Of a stretch of 64,000 bases of DNA, positions 60,614-64,000 are shown piece by piece. The first letter of the stretch is position 1. Every line of letters begins with the position of its first letter. The DNA is from Capsulimonadaceae bacterium (GTDB lineage: Bacteria; Armatimonadota; Armatimonadia; Armatimonadales; Capsulimonadaceae). The position numbers and the translations under genes were made by a program. Under the pieces are notes generated by a model, which ran no database searches, had not been told where the DNA came from, and saw only the letters and a program-made list of their open reading frames with translations. The stretch spans positions 4,800,001-4,864,000 of the forward strand of contig OZ244065.1 in assembly GCA_965215505.1 (NCBI GenBank), written 5' to 3'.

Positions 60614-61293
60614 TTGCCTTTGCAGGCAGCCGCATTGTCCGGATCAGTGCAGAACCACTTGTCCGGCGGCGTCTGGCCGACGTAGAACTGCTCCATCCGC
60701 ATCGCCTTCTGGTGCCCGTCCATGAAGGCCACGTTGACCAGGCCATTGTGGCGCGCGGCGGGCCGGGCGTCGTACTGGTCGTTCATGTCAACGTCCGGCA
60801 CGTTCAGCTTGTAAGCGTCGGTGACGGGCGAGGTCAGATCGCTCGGGTTGCCGATCGTTCCCACCCCCAGTTCCCCCAGCATGATCGTATTGGAGGGGGA
60901 CTGGAACGCCGCCAGAGTCTGTACCGGGGCATGTGCGGGGTCCGTCAGGTCCGGGAAAGTCAGCTCGTCCAGGCCATACGAATTGGTCTTGTCCGTGCCA
61001 TCGGACGGACAGAGGCGAATCTGGCTGTTTTTGACGAACGAATTGATTATGTCAGGCCACAGGATCGTGTTCCCCGTGGTCAGGTCGGTCACCGCCGTAC
61101 CGGGATATGTCTCGTCATAGTCCTGCGTATACATCAGCACTCCCAGCGCGAGCTGCTTCTCATTAGAGCCGCATGAGGTGCGGCGGGCGTTCTCGCGGAC
61201 CTTCTGGAAGACCGGGAACAGGATGGCAGCCAGGACCGAGATGATGGCGATGACGACGAGCAGTTCGATCAGCGTAAAGGCACGGCGGCTCAT
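60610..61293 (-). CDS. Prepilin-type DUF1559 protein with an H-X9-DG motif
   Basis: [60 protein letters not shown]. Confidence 0.93.
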   Translation of the reverse strand: MSRRAFTLIELLVVIAIISVLAAILFPVFQKVRENARRTSCGSNEKQLALGVLMYTQDYDETYPGTAVTDLTTGNTILWPDIINSFVKNSQIRLCPSDGTDKTNSYGLDELTFPDLTDPAHAPVQTLAAFQSPSNTIMLGELGVGTIGNPSDLTSPVTDAYKLNVPDVDMNDQYDARPAARHNGLVNVAFMDGHQKAMRMEQFYVGQTPPDKWFCTDPDNAAACKGN

Positions 61294-61382
61294 TCTGGTC
61301 TCCTGATGAGAGTGACGACAATCACCGGCATATTGTTCGTGATTGTGGGTATTATGTTCCAGACATGACTAAGGAGGCGAAC

Positions 61383-61847
61383 ATGAACAAGCCACTCTCC
61401 CTGCTCCTCGCACTCGGCGTCGGCGTAGCCCTGAGCGGCTGCGGGAACACCCTGAATGGGGCGAAGCAGGACGCCGCCACCGACACACAGAAGACCCAGC
61501 AGGCGGCCTCGGACGCCGCCCAGACCACGAAGGATGCCGCCGACAAGGCCGCCCAAAGCACCAAAGCCGCCGCCGACAAAGCCGGTCAAGCCGTGGCAGC
61601 GGTGCCGGAGGATGCGGCGGCGAACACGGTGGTCCGGCCCGCCGTCAAGACCGCGATCATCCGCGACCCCGTTCTGGCCCAGCCCAGCAACCTGATCAAC
61701 GTCAACGCCGCCCCCATGGCGATCACCCTGACCGGCCACGTCACCGACGCCTCCATGAAGCAGCGCGCGACGGAGGACGCCCAGGTGGCTTTGAAGAAGC
61801 ACCCCGGCTATAAGCTGACAAACGACCTCGTCGTCGGCGGGCAGTAA
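61383..61847 (+). CDS. Lipoprotein with an Ala/Lys/Asp-rich linker and a BON-like domain
   Basis: AAGGAGG RBS; lipobox LSGC; VKTAI...INVN...ITLTGHV...NDLVV. Confidence 0.85.
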   Translation: MNKPLSLLLALGVGVALSGCGNTLNGAKQDAATDTQKTQQAASDAAQTTKDAADKAAQSTKAAADKAGQAVAAVPEDAAANTVVRPAVKTAIIRDPVLAQPSNLINVNAAPMAITLTGHVTDASMKQRATEDAQVALKKHPGYKLTNDLVVGGQ

Positions 61848-61848
61848 A

Positions 61849-62778
61849 ATGAGCGACGCCGCGCAGGAGCATCTGGCGAGCGCCATGGCCCTAGCGACAG
61901 CCGGGCGGCAGGATGAGGCCGAGGCGGAATACCGCGCCGCCCTGTGCCTGTCGCCCGATCAGGCGGGCGCACACTTCGGCCTGGGCTGTCTGCTCCTGCG
62001 TCAGCAAAAGTCGGAGCAAGCGGTTGTCGAGTTCCGTGCGGCCGTCCGTTCTGACCCGCACCTGCGGGGCGCCTTCAGCATGCTCGGACAAGCGCTCAAG
62101 CGAGTCGGTCGCCACGACGAGGCCGTCGCCGCTTATCGGGCGGAACTGGAGTTCGAGCCGCAGTGCGCGCCGGTCTACTCCAACATCGGCCTCGCCTACC
62201 AGGCAAAGGGGGACCTCTTCATGGCCGTCGCTCACTTCCGCAAGGCGATCGAGTTTAACCCCGAATACGCGACCGCCCATGTCAACCTGGGCAGCGCGCT
62301 TCTCCTGCAAGGCGATACCGATGCCGCCATCGCGGAACAGCGCGAGGCGGTGCGCCTGGACCCGACATTTGCGAAAGCTTACTTCAGCCTCGGCAATGCC
62401 CTGAGCTGTCAGGAAGACTGCGAACCCGCCCTGGGGGCGTTCCATGAGGCTGTCCGACTTGCCCCACAGGTGGCGGTGGCCCACAGCCGCCTCGCCGACC
62501 TCCTTGCGGCTGCGGGGAGGCAGGATGAGGCCATCGCCGAGTACCGGCAGGCCATCCGCCTTGACCCGGAGTACGCACAGGCCTGGGTGAGCCTGGGCGC
62601 CAACCTTTTCCTGCGGGCGGCGGCCGAGGCATCCCCCCACGCGGCAGAGGCCGCGAAAGAAGCATTCGAACAGGCCCTGAAACTCGACCCACAGAACCAG
62701 GACGCAGTCGCGCTGCTGCACGATGTCAACAAAGCCTTGCGGCCAAAGATCAAATTCCCGTGGCCCAGGCGGAAGTGA
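61849..62778 (+). CDS. Tetratricopeptide repeat protein
   Basis: About eight 34-aa repeats of the type AHVNLGSALLLQGDTDAAIAEQREAVRLDP. Confidence 0.93.
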   Translation: MSDAAQEHLASAMALATAGRQDEAEAEYRAALCLSPDQAGAHFGLGCLLLRQQKSEQAVVEFRAAVRSDPHLRGAFSMLGQALKRVGRHDEAVAAYRAELEFEPQCAPVYSNIGLAYQAKGDLFMAVAHFRKAIEFNPEYATAHVNLGSALLLQGDTDAAIAEQREAVRLDPTFAKAYFSLGNALSCQEDCEPALGAFHEAVRLAPQVAVAHSRLADLLAAAGRQDEAIAEYRQAIRLDPEYAQAWVSLGANLFLRAAAEASPHAAEAAKEAFEQALKLDPQNQDAVALLHDVNKALRPKIKFPWPRRK

Positions 62779-62796
62779 ACACTTAGGACCTCGCGC

Positions 62797-64000
62797 ATGA
62801 CCTACCTCCTCCTGCCCGGCCGGCAGATCGTCAACACGCGCTACCAGGAAGAATACCTGAGCCGCATCCTGGGCCGCGACCTCGCCGCCCTCCCCGAAAT
62901 GCTCGGGGACGCGCCCGCCGGGAAGGTGACGGCCCTGGTCTTCGCCGTCACCTCCTGCAACCGCAGCAACAGCCGGTACAACCCGCTGCCGTTCGAGACG
63001 CGGGCCATTCTTGTCTATGAGTTTGCCCGGCGGCTCAAGGCCGACTTCGGCGTGGACTTCCATGTTCTCGGCATCCCGCACTATCCGCCTTCGGAAAAGT
63101 TCGCCGGGCTGGTGCTGAAAGAGGCCGCCGAGCAGACGGAAGGGCGGCTGACGCTGACGCCCGGTAACACGGTTGTGTTCTCCTCCACGCCGCCGCTCAT
63201 CGCCGACTACCGGGGCCTCGGCTTCGCGGTCCTGCCCGGCGAATATGACCCGGACACGAAGACGTTCAGCCAGCCGACACCCAACGTCATCGTCCGGCAG
63301 ATCGGCGAGGAGACGGCCCCGCTCGAAGAGGTCCCCCTGAGCAACAGCACGCGGACCGTCTTCCGGGACTTCCCCGACGCATTGACCCAGATACGGCGTC
63401 TGTTCCATGACCCCATCCTGACCGAGCAGGGCGACCTGACCGAGACGCGCAACTACAGCACCTACACGCGGGACATGGCCGGGGCGATTGACCTCAAATA
63501 CGACGAGATCAGTCCCTTCCTGCGGCCCGGCAAGATCGTGGACGAGGGCTGCGCGGACGGTGCCCTGCTCCAGCGCGTCGCGCACGACTTCCCGGACAGC
63601 GACCTGATCGGCGTGGACCTGTCGGCGGAGATGCTGGCACGCGCACGCGAATCCCAGCGGGCGGGGGCCTTCGGCGGTGCGTTCGTCTTCTTCAAGCAGC
63701 AGAACCTGATGACGCCGGTTTCGGAGGCCCAGGCGGACCGGGCCGACACGATCATCTGCAACTCCACCCTGCACGAGCTGTGGAGCTACGGGGCGGGCGA
63801 CGAAACCGCCCGCGCCTACCTGCACGGCAAGCGTCGCCAGCTCCGGCCCGGCGGCTGCCTGGTCATCCGCGACGTGGTCGGTCCCGATGACAAGGACCGG
63901 CTGGTCCTGCTGGAATGCCTCGCCGACGACGGGCTGGCCGAAGACGACGGCGCGGCCCCGGTCGCTTCTCTCTCCACGCTGGCCCGCTTCAAACGCTTCC
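62797..64000 (+). CDS. Fusion of a nucleotidyltransferase-like N-terminal domain and a class I SAM-dependent methyltransferase; 3' end lies outside the window and it is absent from the ORF track
   Basis: Open frame MTYLLLPGRQIVNTRYQ...LVFAVTSCN...RYNPLPFETR; later KIVDEGCADG, GVDLSAEML, NSTLHELWSY, LRPGGCLVIRD. Confidence 0.8.
   Translation, partial: MTYLLLPGRQIVNTRYQEEYLSRILGRDLAALPEMLGDAPAGKVTALVFAVTSCNRSNSRYNPLPFETRAILVYEFARRLKADFGVDFHVLGIPHYPPSEKFAGLVLKEAAEQTEGRLTLTPGNTVVFSSTPPLIADYRGLGFAVLPGEYDPDTKTFSQPTPNVIVRQIGEETAPLEEVPLSNSTRTVFRDFPDALTQIRRLFHDPILTEQGDLTETRNYSTYTRDMAGAIDLKYDEISPFLRPGKIVDEGCADGALLQRVAHDFPDSDLIGVDLSAEMLARARESQRAGAFGGAFVFFKQQNLMTPVSEAQADRADTIICNSTLHELWSYGAGDETARAYLHGKRRQLRPGGCLVIRDVVGPDDKDRLVLLECLADDGLAEDDGAAPVASLSTLARFKRF

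Overview
A high-GC bacterial chromosomal window. PEP-CTERM and DUF1559/H-X9-DG proteins suggest an Armatimonadota-like host, which is inference only. From left to right it contains: the 3' part of an N6-adenine methyltransferase fused to a target-recognition domain, followed by a stranded second copy of its C-terminal tail; a 17.5-kb glycoside hydrolase operon (GH3, GH51, galT, GH2, GH35, GH78, GH35) behind a perfect sigma70 promoter; a blaI/M56 (BlaR1-like) operon; a HEPN gene pair; an orphan peptide ABC ATPase; glgP; an AMMECR1/alpha-2-macroglobulin/monothiol redoxin/HAD operon; a type II secretion operon (gspE to gspD); an HNH nuclease; an intact IS4-family element with an 11-bp target duplication; and assorted enzymes. 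Several REP-like palindrome families fill the intergenic gaps. The best candidate for an undescribed system is the blaI/M56 operon. Two, possibly three, downstream genes begin with a free-standing copy of the protease's post-catalytic helix and last transmembrane segment, each joined to a different extracellular domain, as if they were interchangeable sensor halves. Other notable items are an unannotated 49-aa ORF resembling the N-terminal segment of other GalT proteins, relays of ATGA-coupled micro-ORFs between gsp genes, and two apparently leaderless operons. No rRNA, tRNA or CRISPR array was seen. All family calls come from reading motifs by eye, with no database searches.
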